NCBI GenBank assembly: GCA_029261755.1
Contig: JAJDAS010000247.1
Span: 1,616-65,615 of the forward strand
Source of the DNA: Nitrospinia bacterium
GTDB lineage: Bacteria; Nitrospinota; Nitrospinia; JACRGO01
DNA: 64,000 nt
Direction: 5' to 3'
This document shows, piece by piece, positions 46,940-57,288 of this stretch. How positions within the stretch are numbered: position 1 is the stretch's first letter; each line of letters begins with the position of its first letter. The notes beneath the pieces are model-generated. The model was given only the letters and a program-made list of their open reading frames with translations. It was not told where the DNA came from and ran no database searches. The position numbers and the translations under genes were made by a program.

Positions 46940-49750
46940 ATGGCTAAAAAAAGAAATAAAAAGACGAAACCCGCAATCGGCTCCGACCCTTTCAGCGGCC
47001 ACGAGGATATCATTGAGGGCTTTTTTTCTCCTTCTAGTCAACCGGAAATGGGAGAAGAGACCTCACAGCCCGCCGAGTCCGAGCCAGAGGTAAAGCCCAT
47101 ATCCACACAACCTGAACCCATGAAAAAGCCTGCCACGGAAAAAAAAGCTGAACAAAAAGAGGCAGACGCGGCTCCCGCCGTTATATATCCACAGGAGATC
47201 ATTGATGACTTCATCCAGGAATCTCAGGAAGGCCTGGACCAGCTCGATACGGACCTGGTTGCCTTGGAAGATAATCCCGGTGAGATGGACCTTTTAAACA
47301 AGGTCTTTAGAACCATGCATACCTTGAAAGGAGCGGCGGGATTCCTGGGCTTCAATTCCATTCAATCCACGGCCCACAAATCAGAAGACGTCCTGAATAG
47401 AATCAGGACCGGAGATATGGAGTCAAGCCCTGAAATTGTGGACGTTCTCCTGGAAGCCCTGGATGTGATCAAGCACCTGATGTCGGATCTGGCTAATTCC
47501 GGAAAAGAGTCAACAGATATTTTCCACGTTATGAATCGCTTAGAGAAGTTATTAAATGGCGCGGAGGGGAAATCATCAAAGCAGGAAATTCTTCTGATTG
47601 AAAAAGAAGATCAAGCGAGTTCGGTAGAACCGGAAAAGACGGGAAAAAAAGAATTGCCCGTGGCATCGCCCGCAGGTAAGTCCGCCTCCCTCATAAGACA
47701 GAACATCAGCACGATCCGAGTGGACGTAGAGCGTCTCGACAGCCTTATGAACCTGGCGGGTGAGTTGGTTCTCGCCAGGAACAGACAAGTCCAGCTTATC
47801 AAGGAGGTGGAACCCGGTTTTTCAGGAGAAGAGGAAAAATACACGGAATTGAACACAGCTGCCCACCAGCTGGATTTCATCACCACGGAGCTACAATTCG
47901 CTGTCATGAAGACCCGCATGCTCCCTGTATCCACTGTATTCAGCAAGTTTACCAGGGTAGTGCGGGATTTGAGCCGCTCCCTGGGAAAAGAAGTGGAATT
48001 GGTTATAGAAGGGGAAACAACGGAGTTGGACAAAAACGTTATAGAGGAAATTGGAGACCCCATGGTTCATCTTATTAGAAACGCCGTGGACCATGGAATA
48101 GAAAAACCGGAAGACCGCAAACAAAAGGGAAAAAATCCAAAGGGCACGGTGAAACTCTCCGCCTATTACGAGGGCAGCTATGTGATCATCGAGATCAAAG
48201 ATGACGGCAAGGGAATGGACCCGGAAAAACTGAAGGAAAAAGCCGTGGAAAAAGGGATGTTCACCGCCGAAGAGGTCTATTCCATGAGCCGGAACGAGGC
48301 ATTCAATCTTGTTTTCGCGGCGGGCTTTAGTACTGCTGAAGAGGTGAGCGACGTATCCGGCCGAGGTGTGGGAATGGATGTGGTGTGCTCCAATATTGAA
48401 AAGCTCAAGGGGATTATCGAGCTGGATTCATCGCCCGGACATGGCAGCTTGGTCAAGATCAAAATCCCCCTTACCCTGGCCATCCTCCAAACCCTTTTAT
48501 GTAAAGTCGGTGGCGAACGTTACGCCATTCCCCTGGATGCGGTTAAAGAAACGGTTCGTGTGCCGGCCTCCGAACTCCGGGCAGTAAGGGGGAAAAAGGT
48601 GATAAAGCTTCGAGATGAAATCCTTCCCCTCGTCTTTTTGCATGAAGTGTTGGATCTGGAAGCAGAAGACAGCGACGAAATTTGCGTGGTTGTGGTGCAG
48701 CATGGAATGCAGAGACTGGGCTGCGTGGTGCAAGAAACCATTGGACAAGAGGAGGTTGTCATTAAGTCTCTGGATGTTCTGAAAGATATGTGCGCAGGGA
48801 AATTTTTCTCAGGCGCAGCCATCCTTGGGGATGGAATCATTACCCTGATCCTTGACGTCTCTGAATTGATGCGTTTTGGCCACACGGCCGGACTTCAGGG
48901 GGAAGGGGAACTGGAAAAAGAAGAGGAACAAAGGAAAGAAGATGTCCTGAGTGTATTGCTGGTGGATGACGGTGCTCCGGAACAGTACGCCCTTCCGATA
49001 AAATCCATTAACAACATAGAAAATATAGCATCAAACGACATCGAATCCGTAGGCGGAAGAAAAGTGGTCAGGTACGAAGGAGAGGTGCTCCCCATCATCC
49101 ATTTATACGATATTACCAGCTTCCCCCCCGCCAGGCAGGAACCCGACATTTACCTGGTCATTTCAAAAGTGAACGGGGACACGGCAGGGCTGGCCGTTAA
49201 CAAGCTAAGGGGTATGAAGGAAATCAACAGGAGCGAGATGGATGACTGTTTTAGCGCCTCCGGTGTGGCCTACAGCGCGGTACTGGACAACCGGGTTACC
49301 CTCATCCTCAAAGAGGACGCGGTAATCAAACGAACCCTGGACGAAAGCCCGGTGCATCAGGGCACTCCTGCCCTACCAACAAAACACGGCAGGATATTGG
49401 TAGTGGACGATTCACCGGTGGCCAGGGAAACCATAAAAAAACAACTGCTTGAGGATGGTTTTGACGTTATTTTGGCAGTGGACGGAAAGGACGCCATGGA
49501 TAAATTGTCAGATATCGACATGGTTATAACCGATCTGGAAATGCCGGGGATGAACGGTTACGAACTTACTCGCGCCATTAAAGCCGGCTACCACGATCTC
49601 CCTGTCCTCATGGTTACCAGTAGGGACGGAGAAGAGGATCGACTGGAGGGACTTAAGGCAGGCGTCGACGACTATCAGGCAAAGCTGGACAGCCACAGGT
49701 TGCTCAGTTCAGTTAGACGGCATATTAAGAAATCTACTGTATGGCTCTAA
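46940..49750 (+). CDS. cheA: Hybrid CheA kinase: Hpt-dimerisation-HATPase-CheW-CheW-REC
   Basis: It has the Hpt motif [12 protein letters not shown] and HATPase boxes ([24 protein letters not shown]). Two successive CheW-like domains follow ([14 protein letters not shown]...; [15 protein letters not shown]...). The C-terminal receiver has [19 protein letters not shown] and VTS. The N-terminal ~90 aa is low-complexity. Confidence 0.93.
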   Translation: MAKKRNKKTKPAIGSDPFSGHEDIIEGFFSPSSQPEMGEETSQPAESEPEVKPISTQPEPMKKPATEKKAEQKEADAAPAVIYPQEIIDDFIQESQEGLDQLDTDLVALEDNPGEMDLLNKVFRTMHTLKGAAGFLGFNSIQSTAHKSEDVLNRIRTGDMESSPEIVDVLLEALDVIKHLMSDLANSGKESTDIFHVMNRLEKLLNGAEGKSSKQEILLIEKEDQASSVEPEKTGKKELPVASPAGKSASLIRQNISTIRVDVERLDSLMNLAGELVLARNRQVQLIKEVEPGFSGEEEKYTELNTAAHQLDFITTELQFAVMKTRMLPVSTVFSKFTRVVRDLSRSLGKEVELVIEGETTELDKNVIEEIGDPMVHLIRNAVDHGIEKPEDRKQKGKNPKGTVKLSAYYEGSYVIIEIKDDGKGMDPEKLKEKAVEKGMFTAEEVYSMSRNEAFNLVFAAGFSTAEEVSDVSGRGVGMDVVCSNIEKLKGIIELDSSPGHGSLVKIKIPLTLAILQTLLCKVGGERYAIPLDAVKETVRVPASELRAVRGKKVIKLRDEILPLVFLHEVLDLEAEDSDEICVVVVQHGMQRLGCVVQETIGQEEVVIKSLDVLKDMCAGKFFSGAAILGDGIITLILDVSELMRFGHTAGLQGEGELEKEEEQRKEDVLSVLLVDDGAPEQYALPIKSINNIENIASNDIESVGGRKVVRYEGEVLPIIHLYDITSFPPARQEPDIYLVISKVNGDTAGLAVNKLRGMKEINRSEMDDCFSASGVAYSAVLDNRVTLILKEDAVIKRTLDESPVHQGTPALPTKHGRILVVDDSPVARETIKKQLLEDGFDVILAVDGKDAMDKLSDIDMVITDLEMPGMNGYELTRAIKAGYHDLPVLMVTSRDGEEDRLEGLKAGVDDYQAKLDSHRLLSSVRRHIKKSTVWL

Positions 49751-49793
49751 TTCTTTAATCATTAATATCTTTAAACGATTTATAAGGAAAAAA

Positions 49794-51365
49794 ATGAAAC
49801 TTACCATTGTAAAAAAACTATTTCTGGGGTTTGGCATTATAATTGCCTTGTCTTTTGCCGGCAGTCTATTAAACATAACTTCCTTCAAAGGCATCCAGGG
49901 AAAAGCGCATTTAACCGTCACCGAGTCGGCCCCTTTTGCCCTGGACGCCATGGAGATGAAAATGTGCGTTATACAGATACAGCAATGGATGACGGATATT
50001 TCCGCTACTCGCGGGGCAGAGGGTTTTGATGACGGTTTCGATGAAGCGAAAAAATATGCCGCCAGGTTCAAGGAGCTTTTGAACAAATTCAGGGAAATGT
50101 TTGAAAGAGAAAAATATCAAGCCGGATTGGACGAATTGACAAGTTTGGAAAAGGATTTTCAGGACTATTACAACATGGGCAAAAAAATGGCCGATATCTA
50201 CATCCAATACGGTCCTGTGGAAGGGAATAAGATGATGCAGGAATTCGATCCCTTTGCGGAAAAAATGTCGAAAAGCATCGAAACCTTTGTTGACGAGCAA
50301 ATGAATGAACTTAACCAATCGATGAATGATATCCTCGACTCTTCCACATCAGGCATTTCCACCGCTACCCTCATATTGATCCTTTCCCTGCTTGCGGGAA
50401 TCCTGTTCGCCGCCACCCTTGGACGTTCCATTGCAAAGGCGATAAAAACGGTTGTGGAAACCGTCAAGGATATCTCCGAAGGGGAAGGGGACTTGACAAA
50501 AAAAATGGATGATTCGGAGAAGGATGAATTCGGGGAATTGGCGGGCCACATGAACAAGTTGATGGCTAACCTGGCGGAGATGGTATGCGATGTAATGGAT
50601 CGAGTGGAACTGGTTTCCGCCGCCGCCTCGGAACTGGCGGCCTCATCGGAACAGATGTCCGCCACGGCCGAGGAGCAATCGGCCCAGAGTGATGAACTTA
50701 CCGCATCGACAAAGGAGATAGAAAATAAAATCAATGAAGTGAACGAAAACACAAATACCGCGTCCCAAGCGTCCCATTCCACCCTGGAGGCCACCATGGC
50801 TGGGAAATCCGTGATAGAAGAAGCGAGTCATTCCATTGTCTCACTGGGGAAAGAGTCCCAGAGGATAGGAGAAATGGTGAATGCCATTGCCGATATCGCC
50901 GGGAAAACGGACCTTCTAGCCATTAATGCCGCTATCGAGGCCGCTAACGCCGGTGAACATGGAAAAGGTTTCGCGGTGGTTGCTGATGAAGTAAGAAAGC
51001 TGGCGGAAAGTACGGCGAAGGCCACTAACGAAATTACAACGATAATCTCAACCATAAGGACCAGCTCCAGTGAGGCCGTGCAAGCTATGGAAAATGCCGG
51101 AAACTCCATGGTTTCTATAACCCAGAATGCCGAAACCACGGCACACGTGGTGGAGCAGGCCTCATCTGCCGCTGAGAGCCAGGCAACGGACATTAAAAAT
51201 ATTGCTGATATCATCAACGTCATTTCCGCTTCCAGCTCCCAATTCGCCGCCGGTATCACCGAGGGCGCTAAAACCGCAGAAGAATTAAGTATGAGTGCTG
51301 AAGACCTGCGGATGTTGATGGGAAAATTTAAGGTGGGCAAGTGGAATACGGATGACGGGATGTAG
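49794..51365 (+). CDS. Methyl-accepting chemotaxis protein (four-helix-bundle-type periplasmic domain)
   Basis: It has two TM segments flanking a helical region of about 160 aa, then HAMP and the MCP signalling hairpin ([43 protein letters not shown]). Confidence 0.93.
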   Translation: MKLTIVKKLFLGFGIIIALSFAGSLLNITSFKGIQGKAHLTVTESAPFALDAMEMKMCVIQIQQWMTDISATRGAEGFDDGFDEAKKYAARFKELLNKFREMFEREKYQAGLDELTSLEKDFQDYYNMGKKMADIYIQYGPVEGNKMMQEFDPFAEKMSKSIETFVDEQMNELNQSMNDILDSSTSGISTATLILILSLLAGILFAATLGRSIAKAIKTVVETVKDISEGEGDLTKKMDDSEKDEFGELAGHMNKLMANLAEMVCDVMDRVELVSAAASELAASSEQMSATAEEQSAQSDELTASTKEIENKINEVNENTNTASQASHSTLEATMAGKSVIEEASHSIVSLGKESQRIGEMVNAIADIAGKTDLLAINAAIEAANAGEHGKGFAVVADEVRKLAESTAKATNEITTIISTIRTSSSEAVQAMENAGNSMVSITQNAETTAHVVEQASSAAESQATDIKNIADIINVISASSSQFAAGITEGAKTAEELSMSAEDLRMLMGKFKVGKWNTDDGM

Positions 51366-51418
51366 GGTGAGAATAACGAGGGATGATGTTTTAAGTATTC
51401 AACTTAATAAAGGAATCT

Positions 51419-53119
51419 ATGCCCATGAGGAAATGGAAAGACCTGAAAATTAGCTACAAATTGATCATCCTGGTTGGGTTCACAGTGTTTGTTTTAAACA
51501 TCCTGGGGGCGGTTTTGATGATTTCCAACAAGGAAAAAGCTCTTGTAAAGGCATATCACGACGCGGCCTTTACAACCACGCAGCTCCAGCGAAATATGGT
51601 TGTGGAAGTGATGAAGGTACGTCTTGATGATCCCGAAGACCTTGGCGTAAGCATACTGGATAACTGGCTAGGGAAAATGAGCGAAGCTACCCATGGGATT
51701 TCCTGGGTAGCATGGCACCATAAAGTTATCAAAGACCAAAGGGAGAGTGGGTCGGATGTCATGGAAGAGCCGAAGGATGAAATTGACAAAAAGGTAATTG
51801 GCACAGGAGAAGCTGTTTTTGAAATGGTCAATCTCCGGTCTGATCTCTTTCCGGAAAACGGTTTTCGAAAAGGAGATACCGTCTATCGGGCAACGATCCC
51901 GGTAATTCTGGATGGAGACCCGGATACCAGTGTGGAATCCTGCCACACTTGCCACGAGGATGGTATGGGACAAAAGAGCGGGGAAGTTATAGGCGTTATA
52001 AGTATTGGCCTTCCTATGAGTGAAGATATCATGGAGTTAGGCTCTTTCAAAACCAGGGCAACCATTGGTGCCCTGTTAATTTCTCTTCTGGTGGCTTCCC
52101 TCATCTTTGTTTTGGTCAGGAACCTGATCACTAAGCCATTTGATAAGTTCAGAGAGGTCCTTGTGGACATTGCCCGGGGAGAAGGAGATTTAACCAGTAG
52201 ATTGGAAATTAACTCAAAAGACGAGATCGGAGAAGTTTCTGAAGTATTCAACCAGTTCATCAGCAAAATAAGGGAAATAGTAATTCAAATTAAAGATATT
52301 GTTTTGAAGGTAGCCACGGCCTCTAATGAAATGGCCTCATTTGCTGAAGATGGGGCGAGGGTTGCAAAAAAACAGGCGGCCACATCCGAGGAAGCCGCAA
52401 GTGCCGTTGAAGAAATGTCCGCAACCAGCGTCGAAATGGCCCAGAGTTCCTTAAAAGCAGACCAGTCTGCGTCCTCCACATCCCAAATGGCCGACAAAGG
52501 GGCTGAGATGGTTTCTCGAACAACGGAAGAGATGAAAAAAATAAAAACCGCCGTGGAAGAAGCTGAAATGGAAGTGGGTGAATTGGGAAAAAGATCGCAA
52601 GAAATCGGTGAAATTATTGGGGTCATAGATGACATTGCAGACCAAACCAACCTCCTTGCCTTGAACGCGGCCATTGAAGCTGCCAGGGCTGGCGAACATG
52701 GAAGAGGTTTTTCCGTAGTTGCCGATGAAGTGAAAAAATTGGCGGAGAAGACCCAAAACGCTACCGGGGAGATTTCCAATATGATACGGAACATGCAAAA
52801 GGAAACCGGCGAGGTAATAAACGCTATGAAAACAGGAAATTCTCAGGTTGATTTAGGGGTTACCATTGCGGGAGAGACGCAAAAGGCGTTTCAAGGAATC
52901 GTGGAGTTGGTAGCAAATGTCAACGACCTGATTAGCCAGATTGCCTCCGCTGCCGAACAACAGTCCGCCGCGTCTTCGGAGATTGCCAATAATGTGGCGA
53001 CAATATCGGATGTCTCCAAGGAAGCCACATCGGGCGCTGATAATTTAATGGACTCCGCGACTAAGATGAAAAAACTAGGTGAGGATTTAAATACCATAGT
53101 TAATCAATTCAAGGCTTAA
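51419..53119 (+). CDS. Methyl-accepting chemotaxis protein with a c-type-heme (CxxCH) periplasmic sensor domain
   Basis: It has two TM segments. The periplasmic region ends in ...[45 protein letters not shown], with CHTCH at nt 51941-51955. That pattern is typical of DUF3365/Tll0287-like heme-c PAS-like sensors. HAMP and the MCP hairpin follow ([40 protein letters not shown]). Confidence 0.9.
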   Translation: MPMRKWKDLKISYKLIILVGFTVFVLNILGAVLMISNKEKALVKAYHDAAFTTTQLQRNMVVEVMKVRLDDPEDLGVSILDNWLGKMSEATHGISWVAWHHKVIKDQRESGSDVMEEPKDEIDKKVIGTGEAVFEMVNLRSDLFPENGFRKGDTVYRATIPVILDGDPDTSVESCHTCHEDGMGQKSGEVIGVISIGLPMSEDIMELGSFKTRATIGALLISLLVASLIFVLVRNLITKPFDKFREVLVDIARGEGDLTSRLEINSKDEIGEVSEVFNQFISKIREIVIQIKDIVLKVATASNEMASFAEDGARVAKKQAATSEEAASAVEEMSATSVEMAQSSLKADQSASSTSQMADKGAEMVSRTTEEMKKIKTAVEEAEMEVGELGKRSQEIGEIIGVIDDIADQTNLLALNAAIEAARAGEHGRGFSVVADEVKKLAEKTQNATGEISNMIRNMQKETGEVINAMKTGNSQVDLGVTIAGETQKAFQGIVELVANVNDLISQIASAAEQQSAASSEIANNVATISDVSKEATSGADNLMDSATKMKKLGEDLNTIVNQFKA

Positions 53120-53187
53120 TGGGGTTGCCGCTAAGAACATAACCAAGACGGTCCTCATGAACCATACAAATAGTAAAAACAATAGTT

Positions 53188-53432
53188 GCCCTGTAGGGGC
53201 TATATACTTCAGCCCAGGGTTAAAATACTCCGCTTTTTGAGTATTGCAACCCTGGGTTCCTTTTCATCATTTTTTTACCCTGCAGGGGTAACATAAAAGC
53301 GAGCAACCTTAGGGGTTTGTTTTATGCAACCCCTTCAGGGTTGAAATTTTGTTGTTTTTTAATCCCAGGGTTGCGGCATGTAACAAACACATGCCTTAAC
53401 CCTGGGCTAGCGTATGGTACCCCTTCAGGGTA
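53188..53432. repeat. Two inverted copies of a ~115-nt three-hairpin element (possible structured RNA or BIME-like cluster)
   Basis: Copy 1 consists of short hairpin GCCC-TGTAG-GGGC (53188-53200), long hairpin 53213-53256 and short hairpin TACCC-TGCAG-GGGTA (53276-53290). Copy 2 consists of CAACCC-CTTCA-GGGTTG (53327-53343), long hairpin 53364-53406 and TACCC-CTTCA-GGGTA (53418-53432). Both long hairpins share the outer stem CCCAGGGTT/AACCCTGGG. Their 7-bp inner stems differ but are each fully paired. Confidence 0.65.
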
Positions 53433-53516
53433 AAATTGAATGGTTTTTTTATTAAAACTTGCTGAACGGTTATAAATTAAAAAGAAAAAGCAATAAAAAA
53501 AAGGAGAAGTTTTAGC

Positions 53517-53921
53517 ATGGCAAAAATATTAATAGCGGAAGACGACACAATTATTCAAAAACTGGTTTCATTGAACGTGGAGAAAATGGGGCATATCGCT
53601 TTTATAAGCCCCAACGGAAAACATGCTTATGAGGCTTTGAAGGCAAATCCGGAGTTCGAAATCCTCATTACAGATATCATGATGCCGGAAATGAATGGAG
53701 AGGATCTTATTAAAACTTTACGGGGGAATTCGGCCTTTCAGGGCCTGCCCATAATCATTATGTCCGCTATTGTGGGATATAAAGATATCAAAAACCTTTT
53801 GGAGCTTGGAGCAACCCGCTTCCAGCCCAAACCTATAAATATGCCTCAGTTGAAGAAAAATATTGAGGAGTGCATGCTCGAAAAAAAACTGAGTGCGAAA
53901 AAAGAAGCCAAGGGCAAATAA
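53517..53921 (+). CDS. Single-domain response regulator (CheY-like)
   Basis: 134-aa ORF with ILIAEDD, ITDIMMPEMNGED, IMSA and PKP. A strong RBS, AAGGAG, lies upstream. Confidence 0.88.
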   Translation: MAKILIAEDDTIIQKLVSLNVEKMGHIAFISPNGKHAYEALKANPEFEILITDIMMPEMNGEDLIKTLRGNSAFQGLPIIIMSAIVGYKDIKNLLELGATRFQPKPINMPQLKKNIEECMLEKKLSAKKEAKGK

Positions 53922-53985
53922 TCCCTATTTGAAGTGGCTAAGGCGTTCTAAAGCCTGAGTAGTTACCAAATATTGTCACTACTCG

Positions 53986-54135
53986 GGTTAACCGGTTCAA
54001 GGTTCCCGGTTGAAAGCCTTGCTCTCTGACAGCTGGCTCCATAGTGGCGAAGCCCTGTGGAGCCATGGTGTACGTTGGCTTCAAATCTTTTTTAACCTTG
54101 AACCGTGAACCTGGAACGTTGAACCTTAGCAGTTA
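53986..54135. repeat. Inverted repeat built from GGTT/AACC words at a 7-nt period
   Basis: The left arm is GGTTAACCGGTTCAAGGTTCCCGGTTGAAAGCC, with GGTT at 53986, 53994, 54001 and 54008. The right arm is TTTAACCTTGAACCGTGAACCTGGAACGTTGAACCTT, with AAC at 54104, 54111, 54118, 54125 and 54132. An inner 7-bp hairpin, GGCTCCA...TGGAGCC, lies at 54036-54064. Confidence 0.65.
54034..54048 (+). promoter_or_regulatory. Weaker sigma-54-like -24/-12 candidate upstream of the hybrid kinase gene
   Basis: TGGCTCCATAGTGGC has correct GG-N10-GC spacing, but the -12 box reads TGGC rather than TTGC. It lies about 120 nt upstream of ATG 54170. Confidence 0.25.
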
Positions 54136-54169
54136 GCAAATACTTTATATAAACAATGGAATTTCTTTC

Positions 54170-57100
54170 ATGAAAATTATCCAAAAATTCTACCTCATTT
54201 TCTCATTGATTTTTCTTTTAATCCTTTCCGGTGGCTACTTGTCCATTAAAACAAGTGAAAGGATACTGGAAAAATCCATCGAAGAACATTCTCTGCTCTT
54301 TGCTTCCGAGGTTCATGAAAAAATTGATAGAAATATCCAGCGCAGAATCGAAATCTTCCAGGAGTATTCCCATGACCTCATCTTACGAGAAGGAATTATT
54401 CAATCAAACAAGGAGTTCGAGAAACTAGAGAACATACGGGAATACATCGATGAAAAAGACCGGGAATGGACGTTCGCTGCAAAGGAAACCATCACCCCCT
54501 TTATGCGTACTATGATGAATAATCGGTTGGCCGGCGAATTGAGCGAAAAGTACACATACTATAATAAGAAATATGCTTACCCCATTTTCGGGGAAATCAT
54601 TGTTACCAATAAATTCGGGGCCAACGTGGCTATTACTGGAAAGACCACTGATTACCGGCAGGATGACGAGGAATGGTGGCAGGTGGCAAAAAGGGACGAT
54701 GTGTATGTAAAGGATGTGGAGTTTGATGATAGCGCTGGTGTTTATTCAATCGATATAGGCATTGGCATCAAAGATGGAGAAGGAAATTTCATCGGCGTGT
54801 TCAAAATTATTTATAACATCCAGGATGTCATCAATGAATTAAAAAATATGAGCAAGAGTGAATTATTTAAAAAACATAAAAGCGCTAAATACACACTGGT
54901 AACCCGGGATGTGAATGTCATCTTTTCCACTGAGAATTATAAACTGCTCCAGGGCCTTACTTTAGTAGAGCCTCACAGCCATGTTACAGATGAACTGTCT
55001 TTGGTGGAAAAAAGAAAGCTTAGTCATGGCAACCGCCTTATGATTCATTCTCATTCCAAGGGGTATAAAGACTTTAAAAGTTTAGGATGGATCTCCATTG
55101 TTGAGTTCGACACGGATGAAATTTATTTGCCGATAGAGCAGCTGAAAAAATCCGCTGGGTTAATAACCGTCCTCGTGGCACTTCTAGCGGCGATAATAGG
55201 AATATTTATCTCAAGAAACATCAGAAAGCCCATTGTTAAGCTGAGCAATGCTGTGAAAAAGATCGGGGCTGGGAAAAGAGACGTACAGCTGGAGCTAAAA
55301 ACTAATGATGAAATTGGAGAACTGGCGGAGTCTTTTAAAAAAATGATGGAAAATCTGGTCACAACCACGGCATCCCGAGATGAATTATTGGAGGAAATCA
55401 AAAGACGAGAAAAAACTGAAAGAGAACTTCGAGAGAGCCGCGCGAGCCTTGCGGAGGCTCAGCGTGTTGCCCACCTGGGGTTTTGGGATTGGGATATAAA
55501 GCGGAATATCCTTCATTGGTCGGATGAAACCTATCGCATTTTTGGCATAACCAAGGAGACGTTCGAGGCCACTCATGAGGCGTTTATGAACTCCGTCCAC
55601 CCCAATGATCAAGAGCTTGTAACAAAATCGGTGGATGCAGCCCTGTATAAGCGAAGCCCGTATGATATAGAACACCGAATCGTCTTGCCGGACGGGCAAA
55701 AGCGCGTGGTTCACGGAAAAGCCATGGTTACATACAGTGAAGAAGGTTTACCGATTCGAATGCTCGGAACGGTCCTGAATATCACCGAACAAAAACTAGC
55801 CGAGCAGAAATTGCGGTTAACACAATTTGCCATCGATCGTGCCGTAAGCTGTGCCTTTTGGATGGGGCCGGACGCAAAATTCATCTACGTAAATAATGTG
55901 GCCTGTAAAAAACTCGGTTATACCAGGGAGGAATTGCTCTCCATGTCTGTTCATGATATTGGTCCCGATTTTCCGGCGGAAAGATGGCCGGAACATTGGG
56001 TCGATCTCAAAGAAAACACCACCCTTACCTTTGAATCCCGCCACCAAAGAAAGGATGGGACCGTATTCCCCGTGGAAATTATGGCCAACTTCCTGGAGTT
56101 TGAAGGGAAGGAATACAACTGTGCCTTTGCCCGCGATATTACCGAACGCAAGATAGCCGAGGAGAAGTTAAAAGATTTTGCGGAAGAACTGGAATGGAAA
56201 AATTTGACCCTGGAGCAGGCCAAGGATGAAGCGGAAAAGGCGACGGAACTTAAAGATAAATTCGTATCACTGGTGGTCCATGATCTTAAGTCGCCACTCA
56301 CATCTATTACCGGTTTTTTACAACTAATACGTGATGAGGCGGACCCCTCAAACACGGAACAAAAGGCCATGTTTGATATTATTTTAGACAGCTCCAACAA
56401 GATGATCGAAACCATTGACGGATTGTTGGACTTAAGTCGTCTCAAGGCCGGCCATATAATACCCAATAAGGAATTTATCGAAGCCCGTTCCCTCGTAAAG
56501 GCTGTTATAAATCGTCTGGCTCACCTTGCCTCTGAAAAGGGAATAGAGCTGATCAATGACATTCCCCAGGAGACCCGCCTGAATGCCGACTATGAACTCT
56601 TCTTCGGAGTTATCCAAAACCTCCTTTCCAACGCCATAAAGTTTTGCAAAAGAGGAGACCAAATCACCATATTTCTACCCCTGGATTCAAAAAGCGCCGT
56701 GGCGGTGAAAGATACCGGCGTTGGGATTCAAGAAGAGCTTCTACCGGACCTTTTTAAGCATCATGTAAAAACATCCACCCATGGGACCGCTGCGGAAAAA
56801 GGCACCGGAATGGGACTCCCCTTTGCCCATGAAATTATGAAGGCTCATGGCGGAATACTAACCGTACAGTCGGAAGCAGGAAAAGGGAGTGTCTTTTGCG
56901 CGGAGCTTCCCTATGTAAGACCGCGAATTTTAATCGTTGAAGATGATAAGGAAACGCGCGCCCTATTCAAAATCAAGCTGAAAAAAATAGATGTGATTAC
57001 TATAGAAGCGGAAAACGGAAAAGAAGCCTTGGCCGCAATGGAGGAGAACGATTTTGACTTAATCCTTGCCGATATTCAAATGCCGGCAATGGGTGGTTTT

Positions 57101-57277
57101 GAAATGCTTGAACACATCAGAAAAAACCCAAAGACCGAAATCATTCCCGTGATTTTGGTTACGGGTAAGGATCTGAAATCCCGTGAAAAGGCGTTTCGCT
57201 TAGGAGCCAATGATTTCATCACCAAGCCGCTGGACTCGGAGAAATTTATAAAAAAAATCAGGAATGTTGTCAGGTAG
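54170..57277 (+). CDS. Hybrid sensor kinase: TM-Cache-like periplasmic domain-TM-HAMP-PAS-PAS-HisKA-HATPase-REC
   Basis: 1035-aa ORF. It has a Cache-type signature (TTDYRQDDEEWWQVAKRDDVYVKDVEFDDSAGVYSIDIGIGIKDGEGNFIGVFK), HAMP and two PAS domains. The H-box is VVHDLKSPL and the HATPase boxes are NLLSNAIKFC, DTGVGI and GTGMGL. The C-terminal receiver has ILIVEDD and LADIQMPAMGG. Confidence 0.92.
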   Translation: MKIIQKFYLIFSLIFLLILSGGYLSIKTSERILEKSIEEHSLLFASEVHEKIDRNIQRRIEIFQEYSHDLILREGIIQSNKEFEKLENIREYIDEKDREWTFAAKETITPFMRTMMNNRLAGELSEKYTYYNKKYAYPIFGEIIVTNKFGANVAITGKTTDYRQDDEEWWQVAKRDDVYVKDVEFDDSAGVYSIDIGIGIKDGEGNFIGVFKIIYNIQDVINELKNMSKSELFKKHKSAKYTLVTRDVNVIFSTENYKLLQGLTLVEPHSHVTDELSLVEKRKLSHGNRLMIHSHSKGYKDFKSLGWISIVEFDTDEIYLPIEQLKKSAGLITVLVALLAAIIGIFISRNIRKPIVKLSNAVKKIGAGKRDVQLELKTNDEIGELAESFKKMMENLVTTTASRDELLEEIKRREKTERELRESRASLAEAQRVAHLGFWDWDIKRNILHWSDETYRIFGITKETFEATHEAFMNSVHPNDQELVTKSVDAALYKRSPYDIEHRIVLPDGQKRVVHGKAMVTYSEEGLPIRMLGTVLNITEQKLAEQKLRLTQFAIDRAVSCAFWMGPDAKFIYVNNVACKKLGYTREELLSMSVHDIGPDFPAERWPEHWVDLKENTTLTFESRHQRKDGTVFPVEIMANFLEFEGKEYNCAFARDITERKIAEEKLKDFAEELEWKNLTLEQAKDEAEKATELKDKFVSLVVHDLKSPLTSITGFLQLIRDEADPSNTEQKAMFDIILDSSNKMIETIDGLLDLSRLKAGHIIPNKEFIEARSLVKAVINRLAHLASEKGIELINDIPQETRLNADYELFFGVIQNLLSNAIKFCKRGDQITIFLPLDSKSAVAVKDTGVGIQEELLPDLFKHHVKTSTHGTAAEKGTGMGLPFAHEIMKAHGGILTVQSEAGKGSVFCAELPYVRPRILIVEDDKETRALFKIKLKKIDVITIEAENGKEALAAMEENDFDLILADIQMPAMGGFEMLEHIRKNPKTEIIPVILVTGKDLKSREKAFRLGANDFITKPLDSEKFIKKIRNVVR

Positions 57278-57288
57278 CTTTAACAACC

